Assembly: GCA_049969675.1 (NCBI GenBank)
Contig: JBMFOP010000050.1
Location: 1 to 24,154 of the forward strand
Reading direction: 5' to 3'
Source: Myxococcota bacterium
GTDB lineage: Bacteria > Myxococcota > SpSt-1050
DNA: 24,154 bases
Both the position numbers and the translations under genes were made by a program. Positions 7,546 through 16,901 of this stretch are shown here, in pieces (the stretch's first letter is position 1; every line of letters starts with the position of its first letter). A model generated the notes under the pieces. The model was not told where the DNA came from, made no database searches, and saw only the letters and a list, made by a program, of their open reading frames with translations.

Positions 7546-8709
7546 CTACCATCCGAATATATCTTTCCACACTTTATATCCCAGCTTTTCAGTCCCATCC
7601 CTTTTAATTAGCCCGATTGTATCTTTCTCATCCAGGTCTACAAACCATGCCCATCCTATAAGATATAAATTAATACCCCTATCTTTTGTAAGTCTGCCTG
7701 CAATCTGCATCAAGAAATCGGCCTGTCCCTGCTCTCCACCGAAGACATCAAGTGATGGCCAGGCAACTTCACTGAAACCAAAGGGCCTGTCTGGAATATA
7801 ACTGGCAACAGCAGAATAATAATCATTTTCAATCTTTGCCGGCCTGCTTCTACCGGTTGCATATGGATAACTGGTAATTACAAGTAAATCCAGTTTTTCT
7901 GGGTTAAAAAGCTTTATAACACTCATATCTGCTACACGATTCTTTGAGACAATCTCTCTTGCAAAAACACAGTAGACCTTTGTATCCGGGGATAGTTTTT
8001 TTACCTCATCGTATATCTCCTCGTAGAGACTTATATAGTGGCTGAATCCATTTTCACCATCCATTCCATATTTTTCATACCACCTGTTTACTTCGTTGCC
8101 GAGTGAAAAGAGGAGTGGATGAGATGCCTTTACAATATCAATTGCTGCCTTTTTATATGCCGCCCTCCACATTGGATTGCTCAGGGTGGCATTGCCAATC
8201 TCCGGTGGAGATATAAGAGTAATGTCCTTGTGAGTAATGTCCTCGTCAATAAAAGACATATTAATTAGAGGAAACATCCTGTTACCACGAATATATCCAT
8301 CTACGAACTCCTCACCCCAGCTACCACTTAAAACCTCAGCGAGGGCATAAAAAGGGGTAGGCTGACCCCAGACAGGGACAAATTCGGAGTATCCTGACTG
8401 TTTTGCATAGGCATCGGCAAATGATTCACCGTTTGTCGGAACTGGCAGCCCACCCATAAAGAATCCCCTTGATGGAGTCTGAGGTGAATCATAGGGAGTT
8501 ATCAATTCTTCTCCCTGAATATCAGAAATATCTTCTGAATAAGTATCACCAATTTCATACATTACATCCAGACTTATATCTCTATAAGAAGAGATTTCTT
8601 CAATATCTAAAATATCACCTTCCACTATGTCCAGCATCTTACTATCAGGATTATTGCAATACACAGGTAAAAATGAAGTTAACATCATTACATAAAGGTA
8701 TCTTTTCAT
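7546..8709 (-). CDS. Putative exported/lipoprotein glycoside hydrolase, clan GH-A-like TIM barrel
   Basis: Signal-like N-terminus ending in Cys and an acidic D/I-rich spacer. SLGNEVN (acid/base Glu), TSYPY and FGFSEVAWPS (nucleophile Glu). SD AAGGAGG. Confidence 0.7.
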   Translation of the reverse strand: MKRYLYVMMLTSFLPVYCNNPDSKMLDIVEGDILDIEEISSYRDISLDVMYEIGDTYSEDISDIQGEELITPYDSPQTPSRGFFMGGLPVPTNGESFADAYAKQSGYSEFVPVWGQPTPFYALAEVLSGSWGEEFVDGYIRGNRMFPLINMSFIDEDITHKDITLISPPEIGNATLSNPMWRAAYKKAAIDIVKASHPLLFSLGNEVNRWYEKYGMDGENGFSHYISLYEEIYDEVKKLSPDTKVYCVFAREIVSKNRVADMSVIKLFNPEKLDLLVITSYPYATGRSRPAKIENDYYSAVASYIPDRPFGFSEVAWPSLDVFGGEQGQADFLMQIAGRLTKDRGINLYLIGWAWFVDLDEKDTIGLIKRDGTEKLGYKVWKDIFGW

Positions 8710-8732
8710 AAAACCCTCCTTTTTGAATTGTC

Positions 8733-8761
8733 ATTATACTATAAGTGAAAACTATTGTAAA
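8733..8761 (-). promoter_or_regulatory. Sigma70-type promoter for the glycoside hydrolase gene
   Basis: Minus strand TTTACA (8756-8761), 17-nt spacer, TATAAT (8733-8738), then AAGGAGG and ATG 8709. Confidence 0.75.
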
Positions 8762-8765
8762 GGTT

Positions 8766-10964
8766 TTATTCTATTATGGAGCAGGAACATCCCGAATCAG
8801 ATTTGCTCAATCCATCAGAGGCATTTTCATCTGTAGTCCTATCGCCACTATCGGAATTCTTGAGGATAAAATAGACAGTAATTGTAGCATCACTATTTAA
8901 GACAATCCCACACTCCCTGTTCTGTCCACAGGAACTGAAATTCCATCCACCAAAGTTACTATTTGTGGATGGATTTGCATATAGTTTTACTGTGCTCCCT
9001 TTGATAAACCATCCAGAGCAATCAGATTTACAGGATAGACCTGCTGGATCACTTGTAACTGCGCCTGAACCATTCCCGGAATATTTTATTGAAAGCTTCA
9101 CATATTCCTTATTTTGACTCGCTGGTTTAAATACTGCAGAGATACCGTGATTTGCGACTACATTTTTAAATGTATATGAGCTGACACTCCCAACCGAAAT
9201 TCCATCTACAATTACATCGTCTAATACATATCCACTATCGGGTGTCATAGTAAAGGTCTGTGAGGCACCTTTTCGCACAACAATTGAGCCCTCGGGTTGG
9301 ATTTTTCCTCCATTTGAAGCGGAGGCAACTATTGTATATGTCGGTATTGAGTTTGAGATAAACTTTGCATAGATTGTATGGTTTGCAGTCACATTGCTAA
9401 ACACATATTTTGTAACTGCCCCGACTGATATATTATCAACGAGCACATCCTCTACCGAGTATCCATTGTCCGGGAGAATATCAAATGCCTGAGAACCCTT
9501 CTCCGGCACTGATATTGCACCAGATGGGAGAATCTTCCCATTTGCACCTGCTGAGGCATTTATTGTATAGGTCTTAACAGTCGCCTTCTCAAAATTGGCG
9601 GTAATAGAGAGTGGCTCTGTAACTGTAAATTTTAATGGATTTGTGGTGCTGCTTATATCCCCGCTCCAATTCTTAAACTGGTAACCCGAATTTGGGATTG
9701 CCGAGAATGTAGCACCTGTCCAGTAATCAATCCAACAACCAGATGAGCAATCAGGGTCCACCCTCCCAAATGTGGTGTTATTCACAGAGGTCTTAAAGAG
9801 ATATTGCAACTTATAACTCCACAGGATAGAACTGTCATTTGAAGGGATTACAACATTATCATTGATTCCCTTCCCATCAGAACGGTTGTCAAAGATGTAA
9901 CGAGTCTTCCCGTCTGATTCTGTAAAGATATTATTAACGCTCACTGTATGAGAAGAGCCAGCAGGGAGGCTATAAACAACCGGTGTGGTAATGGAATAGC
10001 CATCAAACCTGATAGACTTCCCACCCGGATCCGTTGCCAGCATAGTCTGCACATAATCAGTGGCGGTCACATTCCCGTACGCCACAGCAGAATATCCAAA
10101 GTCTGTATCACCACTCACCTCGGAATATGCAATCCTGAAATATCCACTCTCACCCCATGCGGTTGAGAAGCTGTTCTTTACTATAAAACAGCTCTGTGAA
10201 TCATCCCACCCCACTATCAGGACTGCATGTGCACCCTCCTGAGAGCCACTCCTGTGAGAATAGACTCCACTTTGATAGTATTCAAAATCCTGATACACCA
10301 TCATAGCTACGGGAATAGGCCCATAGTTATAGACTGCCTCTTTCAGTGCGGTTACAGACTGGCTCACATACTGATAGGAAGAGATCTTATAGACATATGT
10401 CCCATAAAGATTACAGGCATAGGCACAGGATGTATCAGCCTTTTTATATGGATAACAGGATTCATCATATGTTCCGGTATTTTTCAAGAATTTTGCTGCA
10501 TCATCCAGATACCCTCCATTACAACCGCCTCCAAAATTATTACAGGAGATTAGAATCTGCTCAGAGAGGTCAAGCAAATTATTATATGCCTTCCCTGTCT
10601 GAATAAGATACTTTGATTCAAGGGCAGCAATGGATGCGAATGCCCAGCATGCACCACAATCATCCTGAAATTTAACTGGAGTTACAAAATTTTTCCCATT
10701 GTTATTTCTCCAGTCAAACTTTGAGGGGACAGCCCCCAATCCGCCCTTAAATACATCCGGACCATCCTGCGGTGTTCTGATAATGCTGGAAGAGAAGAGT
10801 CTTCTTTTTACTTCCTCTGGCAACTTTGAGATATTAGTCTCACCAGCCGTCCAGGTAGCATTACTCTCCCTTAGAATCTTCTGTAATTCCTCAAGAGAGA
10901 GCCTGTCTGAATAAGAGTATCCGCTTGTTGATAGGAATATAAATATCAGTAAAATTTTTTTCAT
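8766..10964 (-). CDS. Secreted papain-family (C1A) cysteine peptidase with InlB B-repeat-like domains and a C-terminal GCSCS tail
   Basis: Signal peptide, FDWR, QDDCGACWAF (catalytic Cys), LSEQILISC, GCNGG, HAVLIVGW (His) and VKNS (Asn). Beta-rich repeats with GYQFKNWSGD. Ends SGCSCSIIE*. Confidence 0.92.
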   Translation of the reverse strand: MKKILLIFIFLSTSGYSYSDRLSLEELQKILRESNATWTAGETNISKLPEEVKRRLFSSSIIRTPQDGPDVFKGGLGAVPSKFDWRNNNGKNFVTPVKFQDDCGACWAFASIAALESKYLIQTGKAYNNLLDLSEQILISCNNFGGGCNGGYLDDAAKFLKNTGTYDESCYPYKKADTSCAYACNLYGTYVYKISSYQYVSQSVTALKEAVYNYGPIPVAMMVYQDFEYYQSGVYSHRSGSQEGAHAVLIVGWDDSQSCFIVKNSFSTAWGESGYFRIAYSEVSGDTDFGYSAVAYGNVTATDYVQTMLATDPGGKSIRFDGYSITTPVVYSLPAGSSHTVSVNNIFTESDGKTRYIFDNRSDGKGINDNVVIPSNDSSILWSYKLQYLFKTSVNNTTFGRVDPDCSSGCWIDYWTGATFSAIPNSGYQFKNWSGDISSTTNPLKFTVTEPLSITANFEKATVKTYTINASAGANGKILPSGAISVPEKGSQAFDILPDNGYSVEDVLVDNISVGAVTKYVFSNVTANHTIYAKFISNSIPTYTIVASASNGGKIQPEGSIVVRKGASQTFTMTPDSGYVLDDVIVDGISVGSVSSYTFKNVVANHGISAVFKPASQNKEYVKLSIKYSGNGSGAVTSDPAGLSCKSDCSGWFIKGSTVKLYANPSTNSNFGGWNFSSCGQNRECGIVLNSDATITVYFILKNSDSGDRTTDENASDGLSKSDSGCSCSIIE
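9129..9572 (-). repeat. Two tandem 71-aa beta-rich repeat domains in the protease
   Basis: TYTINASAGANGKILPSG...NVTANHTIYAKF (9360-9572) and TYTIVASASNGGKIQPEG...NVVANHGISAVF (9129-9341) align without gaps. Confidence 0.9.
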
Positions 10965-11122
10965 AAAAATCCTCCGTGCAGATGAGGCCTTTATATTATA
11001 TCAATAAGGCTATATAAAATCCATAATTAAAATAATTCCGTTCTATTGCGAAAAATGTCATAGTATCTTTTCTGCAATCAAGACAAATATCAATCAGAAT
11101 AGAATAATCTCATATAATTTTG

Positions 11123-11151
11123 TTGATAAAAATATACTAAAAGTCTATATA
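11123..11151 (+). promoter_or_regulatory. Candidate sigma70 promoter giving a leaderless transcript
   Basis: TTGATA (11123-11128), 17-nt spacer, TATATA (11146-11151). ATG 11158 starts 7 nt after the -10 and has no SD. Confidence 0.4.
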
Positions 11152-11157
11152 GTCAAT

Positions 11158-12249
11158 ATGCCTTCTTATCTTTCTGAAATCAATCTGGATATTTTGTTAT
11201 TTAAGGAGTTAATAGTCTTTATTATAATACAGATATCAACAATATGTTTACTCTTCCTGATATATCTTAGAAACCTATTTTCAAATCTCTTACATCAATA
11301 TGTGGTGGAAAAATATGAATATTATATAATGGAGGCGGCACTCGGAAAGGTTGATAGAAAATCCCCAATCTTCAAGACCGCACCATTTATAAGAAATATC
11401 CTGAGGATGATAATTATCAACAAGATTATGTCTGTCGGAGGGGATGCGAGGAAGGGGTTAATTGAACTTTATAAAGACCTTGGATTTGATGAGAGAGATA
11501 AGAAACTCCTGAACTCTTCAAAGTGGTATCATAGACTTAGTGCAATCACCACTCTTATGATTACAAAGTCAGATTTATTAAAAGATTCTGTGTGCAGGAT
11601 TCTTCAGGATACAAATCTGTCAGTCAAAGTCGCAGCAATTAAGGCGATATCAGTCTTGAATATCGCCGAGCACATAAATAAAGTAATTGGTTGTATGTCC
11701 ACAATGCCAGATTGGGTAAATGATAGAATTCTCCCTCTACTTTTCAAGATGGATAAAAGGCCATATGCAGAGATATTTGAAATATTCAACAGGAGCCCCA
11801 GGAGAGTTAAGCGATTTATTGTGCCATTACTATTTGAGATAGACAGCGAACAGGCTCTATGGGACCTGACAAATAATTTTAATGAGTACGATTTTGAGAC
11901 ACAGATAGCCATAGTAAAATCTTTACACAGGAATGGGAATATAGAGAAGATATTGGGTTTTGCTGAAAACATTATGAACTCAACAAAATGGGAGCTCAAA
12001 TCTCAACTCGTAAAATCTATGGGGATAATTCATGATGAGTCTGCCCTACCCTTCCTTATCAATGGTCTGGATGATAAGAACTGGTTTGTGAGATATAATT
12101 CCGCAATAGCAATTGCCTCATTTGGTGAGAAGGGTATCAATATATTGCGTGAATTCGCCTCTCAGAATTTAGGATTTAAGTCAGATATATCCAGATATAT
12201 ACTTGAGCTTACAGAATATGGCTTTTTGAGTGAGGAATTGAAGATATGA
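11158..12249 (+). CDS. HEAT-repeat protein with N-terminal transmembrane helix
   Basis: N-terminal hydrophobic helix. HEAT-like units KWYHRLSAI, DTNLSVKVAAIKAI, WELKSQLVKSMG and LDDKNWFVRYNSAIAIASFG. Confidence 0.85.
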   Translation: MPSYLSEINLDILLFKELIVFIIIQISTICLLFLIYLRNLFSNLLHQYVVEKYEYYIMEAALGKVDRKSPIFKTAPFIRNILRMIIINKIMSVGGDARKGLIELYKDLGFDERDKKLLNSSKWYHRLSAITTLMITKSDLLKDSVCRILQDTNLSVKVAAIKAISVLNIAEHINKVIGCMSTMPDWVNDRILPLLFKMDKRPYAEIFEIFNRSPRRVKRFIVPLLFEIDSEQALWDLTNNFNEYDFETQIAIVKSLHRNGNIEKILGFAENIMNSTKWELKSQLVKSMGIIHDESALPFLINGLDDKNWFVRYNSAIAIASFGEKGINILREFASQNLGFKSDISRYILELTEYGFLSEELKI

Positions 12250-13445
12250 TGGCTTTGCTTATAATCTCAACTATTGTAATACTCCTCCTGTCAACTTACT
12301 ATTTAATGCGTGTGGTGATTATAGCATTCAAAAGTATATTTGAATCTTCAAGAAAATTATATGAGGTTGAGGCAGAGAGACTCCTCCTGTCAAATATAAA
12401 AGTACCCGTCAGCATTATCATTCCACCAGCAGAGGAGTATGAGAATCTAAAGAGGGTTATTGAGGCTACACTCAATGTCAATCACCCCTTATATCAGGTA
12501 ATAGTGATGCTCTGGAAGAATTGCAGTTATACAAAGAGACTGATTTCAGATTTCAATCTTGTAAGTCTGAACGCCGTATATAGAATGGTCTTAAAATCTG
12601 CAAAAGTTCTGCATACATACAGAAGCACAACAGACAAACGATTATCCGTTATAATCGCTGATTCTGAGGATATAGCCTCAATTATCAATACTGGCTTTGA
12701 TGTCTCAATGTATCCATTTGTCTGTCTATTCTCAGAGGATTATATCCCGACAAAAGATATGCTTTTACAGCTTGAACCTGTGGTAATTGAAAAAGAGGGA
12801 CTGGAATATGGCTCAATCTGCTCTGCATCCTTTTATGAGGGTATGAAAGTATCACAGTATTATATAAGGAGCATTTTTTCATTTTCGTACCTCTTTTCAC
12901 TCTCCATCCCATCTGATTTTGCAATTCTACTCAAGAAACATTTTGTTATAGAGAAGGGTGGGCTAAAAAGGGGCGAACCGATCCCGATATTTTTAAGAAG
13001 GATGATGAAAAAAGGCCTCAAACTCAAATATCTACCTGATATTGGACTCTCTATTGTAAAAGGTGGAACCTTTCTAAATTTCGTATGGTGGTACCTCAAA
13101 AAGTTAATCTGTGACTTCAAACTCTCCACATATACCGTTCTTATAAACGATATATATTATGTGGCTTTTTTAATATTAAATATCCTCTTTTTCTACAATC
13201 TTATAAATAATAATTCTTCCACGATTCAGCTCTTTATCCCGATGCTATCAATATTTGTAATTATCCCTCTTAAAGATTTAATCGTTCTGATGAATGAGAG
13301 CTTTATAAGGAAGAAGATAGAGAATCCATTTATGGTAAAGGCACTCCTGCTCTCTATATTTAAGCAGTTTGGAGTTGAACAGATTATATCAATTCTTTTT
13401 CTCACACATAGCCTGAGAAGATTTGTTCTCAGATGGAGGGGATAA
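12246..13445 (+). CDS. Glycosyltransferase family 2-like membrane protein, degenerate active site
   Basis: ATGA overlap with the HEAT gene. N-terminal TM, PVSIIIP, YQVIV, INTGFDVSMYPFVC and C-terminal TMs match the HEAT-associated GT2 layout, but the catalytic motifs are not recognisable. Confidence 0.7.
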   Translation: MMALLIISTIVILLLSTYYLMRVVIIAFKSIFESSRKLYEVEAERLLLSNIKVPVSIIIPPAEEYENLKRVIEATLNVNHPLYQVIVMLWKNCSYTKRLISDFNLVSLNAVYRMVLKSAKVLHTYRSTTDKRLSVIIADSEDIASIINTGFDVSMYPFVCLFSEDYIPTKDMLLQLEPVVIEKEGLEYGSICSASFYEGMKVSQYYIRSIFSFSYLFSLSIPSDFAILLKKHFVIEKGGLKRGEPIPIFLRRMMKKGLKLKYLPDIGLSIVKGGTFLNFVWWYLKKLICDFKLSTYTVLINDIYYVAFLILNILFFYNLINNNSSTIQLFIPMLSIFVIIPLKDLIVLMNESFIRKKIENPFMVKALLLSIFKQFGVEQIISILFLTHSLRRFVLRWRG

Positions 13446-14182
13446 TGCCATATTTTCTCGTTTTACTTTCATTTCTGATTTCTGGTGCATCAAATCAGAT
13501 ACAGAAGGAGATTGATATATCTATCTGTGAGAAGAGAGATAGTAAGCTCTGTGCAGAGTATATCAAATCTCTGTATCAAAAGAACAGGACTAAGGAGGCA
13601 GAGGAGGTAGCAAAGAAGTTTTGCTCTGAGAAGATGGTAGATGTATGTATTGCCGGCGCAACAGTATCATCATTCCTATACCACTATGAAGAATGTACTC
13701 TCTTACTCAAGGGGGTCTGCAGTGAAAAAGAACCTGTAGCCTGTGCCATTCTCTCAGACTGTCTATTTGAACTGGGCAGGGTAGAAGAATCACTAATTCC
13801 AGCAAAGACCGCCTGTGAGAAGAATATCTACGATGCCTGCTCTACAGTAGCGGCATATTATTTGAATAAAAATCTAAAAGGTGAGGCGATTATCTGGGCA
13901 AGGCGAGGATGTGAGGGAGGCTCATCTATGTCCTGTGGGGCAACATCCGCACTATTTGTCTCAGACGGCGAATTTAAGGAGGCATTTGAATTTGCCAGAA
14001 AGGGGTGCCTTCTCAATGATAGAAACTCCTGCAAGGCGGCAGGTCTCTGCTGTACAAAATTAAGATACGGCTGTGAACAGGAGTACTATGAAAAGTGCTG
14101 TAAATTGAAAGATAAGGAATGCTGTAATCTGATTAAGAAGACTGAAATAGATAAGAAGAAAGGCGATTCAGATTTTAAATAA
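13445..14182 (+). CDS. Exported Cys-rich Sel1-like (Hcp-type) repeat protein
   Basis: TAATG overlap and GGAGGG SD favour ATG 13445. Signal peptide, 21 Cys and seven C-x7-C units (e.g. CEKRDSKLC, CEKNIYDAC, CLLNDRNSC). Confidence 0.8.
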   Translation: MPYFLVLLSFLISGASNQIQKEIDISICEKRDSKLCAEYIKSLYQKNRTKEAEEVAKKFCSEKMVDVCIAGATVSSFLYHYEECTLLLKGVCSEKEPVACAILSDCLFELGRVEESLIPAKTACEKNIYDACSTVAAYYLNKNLKGEAIIWARRGCEGGSSMSCGATSALFVSDGEFKEAFEFARKGCLLNDRNSCKAAGLCCTKLRYGCEQEYYEKCCKLKDKECCNLIKKTEIDKKKGDSDFK

Positions 14183-14248
14183 AATTATAGACAGAATTCA
14201 TTTTATTATGTATGCTTGGTGTTTTATTAGATATTAAGGAGTTTATGA

Positions 14249-15526
14249 GTGCTGAGAGTGACCGGAGATAACAGACTGATTGATTTGTTCAAACTTCTAC
14301 TGATTCTATTCATCCTCTCTTCAGCAACTGTACAGGCATCAGAGGGAGATAGTGAGACAATAAAGGATAAAAGGGGAGAGGAAGAATCAATAACAAATTC
14401 TGTATCCAATAAAGGGTCTTTAGAAAGGACAGATGAATCAGAGATACAGGAGGAAGGTGAGGAGGGAGAAGAAGAGGAGGAAGAGATTGCTGAGCCATCT
14501 ACTCATATCGGTAACTACATATATAGTGCTGACATTTCAGATGAGATGCTTCAGAAGTTATTTGCGGAGGATCCGGAGGCACTCGGGTCTATATCGGTTG
14601 GACATGCAAATCTTGGAAGACTGATAAATGGTGTAAAATTTCCAGAGGGTAAGGAATGGGTCATTGTCAATCCATCCAAATCCTATGGCACAGAAGAGGT
14701 AGTAAATTATTTGATTACGGTTGCCAAATCTATGAGGGAGAAGTTTCCAGATGCCCCGCCGCTTAGAATAAATGACCTGAGTGCAGAGAAGGGCGGCTAT
14801 ATCAGACCACATAAGAGCCATCAGAGTGGAAGAGATGTGGATATTGGATTTTACTATATTTACGACAGCAAGAATCCAAAACAGAGGCGGTTTGACCTTG
14901 AGAAGAACTGGGAATTTATTAAGGCAGTTATTACCAAAACAGATGTTCAGGTAATCCTTGTGGATAGAAGAATTCAGAAACAGCTCTATGAATATGCCAG
15001 AAGTATAGGAGAGAATGAGGAATGGCTCAACTCAATTTTTAAGTCTAATGAGCACGCACTCATTAAACACGCAAGAAGACACAGGGGTCACTTCCATATA
15101 AGATTCTACAGTCCGCGAGCACAGGAGCTCGGTAAGAGGATTCACCCTATTCTGGATAAAGCAAAGGAGGAGGAGCGGGTTGCAATTCATAAGGTCAGGC
15201 GCGGTGAATGCCTTGGAAATATTGCAATTAAATACAACTCTCGTATTGATCTTATAAAGAAGGCAAATCATCTCAAATCAAATAGCATAAGGGCTGGCAT
15301 TACACTCTTTGTTCCACTCCTTGGACCCTGTCACAACTGCCCCGAACCGCCAGATGTTATCATACCGAAGAGAAGACTCCCTGAAGATTTTATTAAACCA
15401 TTTACAGAAGGTGCAATAGCGATTGATAAAAATGTTAAGGATATACAGATTCCAATCTATTACTACTTTAATTCATATCCATTCTCACGAATAAATAGCT
15501 TCTGGCTCAAACTGGATAAATATTAG
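14249..15526 (+). CDS. Penicillin-insensitive murein endopeptidase (MepA/M74-like) with LysM domain
   Basis: GTG start 7 nt after AAGGAG. Signal peptide and Glu-rich linker. SVGHANLGRLING, HKSHQSGRDVD and HRGHFHIRF Zn motifs. LysM HKVRRGECLGNIA...IRAGITLFVP. Confidence 0.88.
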   Translation: MLRVTGDNRLIDLFKLLLILFILSSATVQASEGDSETIKDKRGEEESITNSVSNKGSLERTDESEIQEEGEEGEEEEEEIAEPSTHIGNYIYSADISDEMLQKLFAEDPEALGSISVGHANLGRLINGVKFPEGKEWVIVNPSKSYGTEEVVNYLITVAKSMREKFPDAPPLRINDLSAEKGGYIRPHKSHQSGRDVDIGFYYIYDSKNPKQRRFDLEKNWEFIKAVITKTDVQVILVDRRIQKQLYEYARSIGENEEWLNSIFKSNEHALIKHARRHRGHFHIRFYSPRAQELGKRIHPILDKAKEEERVAIHKVRRGECLGNIAIKYNSRIDLIKKANHLKSNSIRAGITLFVPLLGPCHNCPEPPDVIIPKRRLPEDFIKPFTEGAIAIDKNVKDIQIPIYYYFNSYPFSRINSFWLKLDKY

Positions 15527-15529
15527 ACT

Positions 15530-16225
15530 TTATTTCCCGCTTCTTATTTCATATGAACTTTGAGCATTCTCACCTGTCTTGTAAGCATATTCTTCTATAC
15601 TATATATAGAATTGAAGCACACAAAGGCTATGTCCTTCATCCATTCTATATCCAATTCTTTTTTCCCAAAATCAGTATTAAATAAACAATTAAGTAATTG
15701 GGAAAATTTACATATCTCTGGATTTAACGCAAAATCATTGAAATCAAAATTATAACCCAGATCGATATCATGAAATAAACCAGTAAATATATTACTCCAT
15801 ATTGATATATCACACAATCCATAGTATTGAGATGAAGAGATAAAGTAATTACCTGTGTAGGAAAACCCAATTGGGTATATTGAGACATACAAAATCTCAT
15901 CTTTATCATTTTTAATTGATATTATATTTTTGGCACCATCCATAGTGGTGGCAATGAGTATTCTATCATCTGGCGAGAACGAATAAATGTGTTTAATTAA
16001 AGAATCATCATTTTTCTCAATATTTTTACGAGAATAAGAAAGTGAAGATTTTTGCTGACAGATTGTAACCTCATCATTAAGACATAGATGCTTTTCTGAA
16101 TTATTATAAAAGTAGAGAAATTCTGTATTGCTCAACTTTAGATAGACCTGATTATAGTTTATGCCTTCGCCATTTCCACATGATAGAATGGGCAATATAA
16201 GTAAAACAAATAGTTTTTTCATCAT
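15530..16225 (-). CDS. Hypothetical lipoprotein
   Basis: MKKLFVLLILPILSC-G lipobox-like signal. 231-aa ORF downstream of, and co-directional with, the barrel gene. No recognised domain. Confidence 0.7.
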   Translation of the reverse strand: MMKKLFVLLILPILSCGNGEGINYNQVYLKLSNTEFLYFYNNSEKHLCLNDEVTICQQKSSLSYSRKNIEKNDDSLIKHIYSFSPDDRILIATTMDGAKNIISIKNDKDEILYVSIYPIGFSYTGNYFISSSQYYGLCDISIWSNIFTGLFHDIDLGYNFDFNDFALNPEICKFSQLLNCLFNTDFGKKELDIEWMKDIAFVCFNSIYSIEEYAYKTGENAQSSYEIRSGK

Positions 16226-16244
16226 CTTACGCTCCCTTATTTAA

Positions 16245-16748
16245 TTAGAAATAGAATGTTGCAAAGAGTTGAGATGAACTTGTCCCAATTTGTACTGCTG
16301 GTGAGACGGGTGCTGCAAGAAGTGCCTCACCACCAATTGCAAACTCTCTGGTTACAAAGAATGAGAGACCAATGCCCCCTACAAGTGTCACATATACATC
16401 ATCATTATTCTTATTCAGGTCACCAAAATTTTTGGCAAAGGCAAGACCCCCTTTAATATAAGGTGCAACCCTTCTTTCAAACAGATACTTATCCACAAAG
16501 ATACCGAGCTTTATACCTCCTCCCTCTACCTGATTATCATCCTTATCCTCTACCTGATATCCAAAGCCAAACTCCATCTGCAATGCAAGTAGATCTTCTA
16601 TATGAAATCTGCCAGATACGGACGCCGCAAGTGATGATGGTATCTGAAACTCCAGCCCAGATTTCCCTGCCCTGAGCGATGTCTCATCTCCATAGACAAT
16701 ACCCATTAAAGCGATAAAAGACAGAACTGAATAAATCACCTTTTTCAT
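16245..16748 (-). CDS. Small outer-membrane beta-barrel protein
   Basis: Signal peptide, alternating amphipathic strands (APYIKGGLAF, GGIGLSFFV) and a C-terminal FATFYF beta-signal. SD GGAGGA. Confidence 0.8.
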   Translation of the reverse strand: MKKVIYSVLSFIALMGIVYGDETSLRAGKSGLEFQIPSSLAASVSGRFHIEDLLALQMEFGFGYQVEDKDDNQVEGGGIKLGIFVDKYLFERRVAPYIKGGLAFAKNFGDLNKNNDDVYVTLVGGIGLSFFVTREFAIGGEALLAAPVSPAVQIGTSSSQLFATFYF

Positions 16749-16778
16749 AATTTATCCTCCTCTGATAAGATTGAAATT

Positions 16779-16806
16779 ATTCTACTTTCTACTTATAATC
16801 TGTCAA
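16779..16806 (-). promoter_or_regulatory. Sigma70-type promoter for the 16245-16748 gene
   Basis: Minus strand TTGACA (16801-16806), 16-nt spacer, TAGAAT (16779-16784). Confidence 0.55.
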
Positions 16807-16840
16807 TAAAAATCTGTTAATTGCTTATGGTAAAAACTGA

Positions 16841-16869
16841 TTGACCACTCCGACCAAAAATGATATGAA
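16841..16869 (+). promoter_or_regulatory. Sigma70-type promoter for the 16902 gene
   Basis: TTGACC (16841-16846), 17-nt spacer, TATGAA (16864-16869) with an extended TGn. SD AAGGAGG downstream. Confidence 0.45.
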
Positions 16870-16901
16870 AAAAGGGTGAAGTAGAAAAAGGAGGTTTTAA
16901 G

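Noticed and set aside
8766..8783. Eukaryote-type CaaX prenylation motif
   Set aside because: The last Cys is fifth from the end (CSIIE), not fourth.
14245..14271. 8-codon ORF MSAESDRR overlapping the MepA start as a regulatory peptide
   Set aside because: Its ATG is only 3 nt from the SD, while GTG 14249 has optimal spacing.
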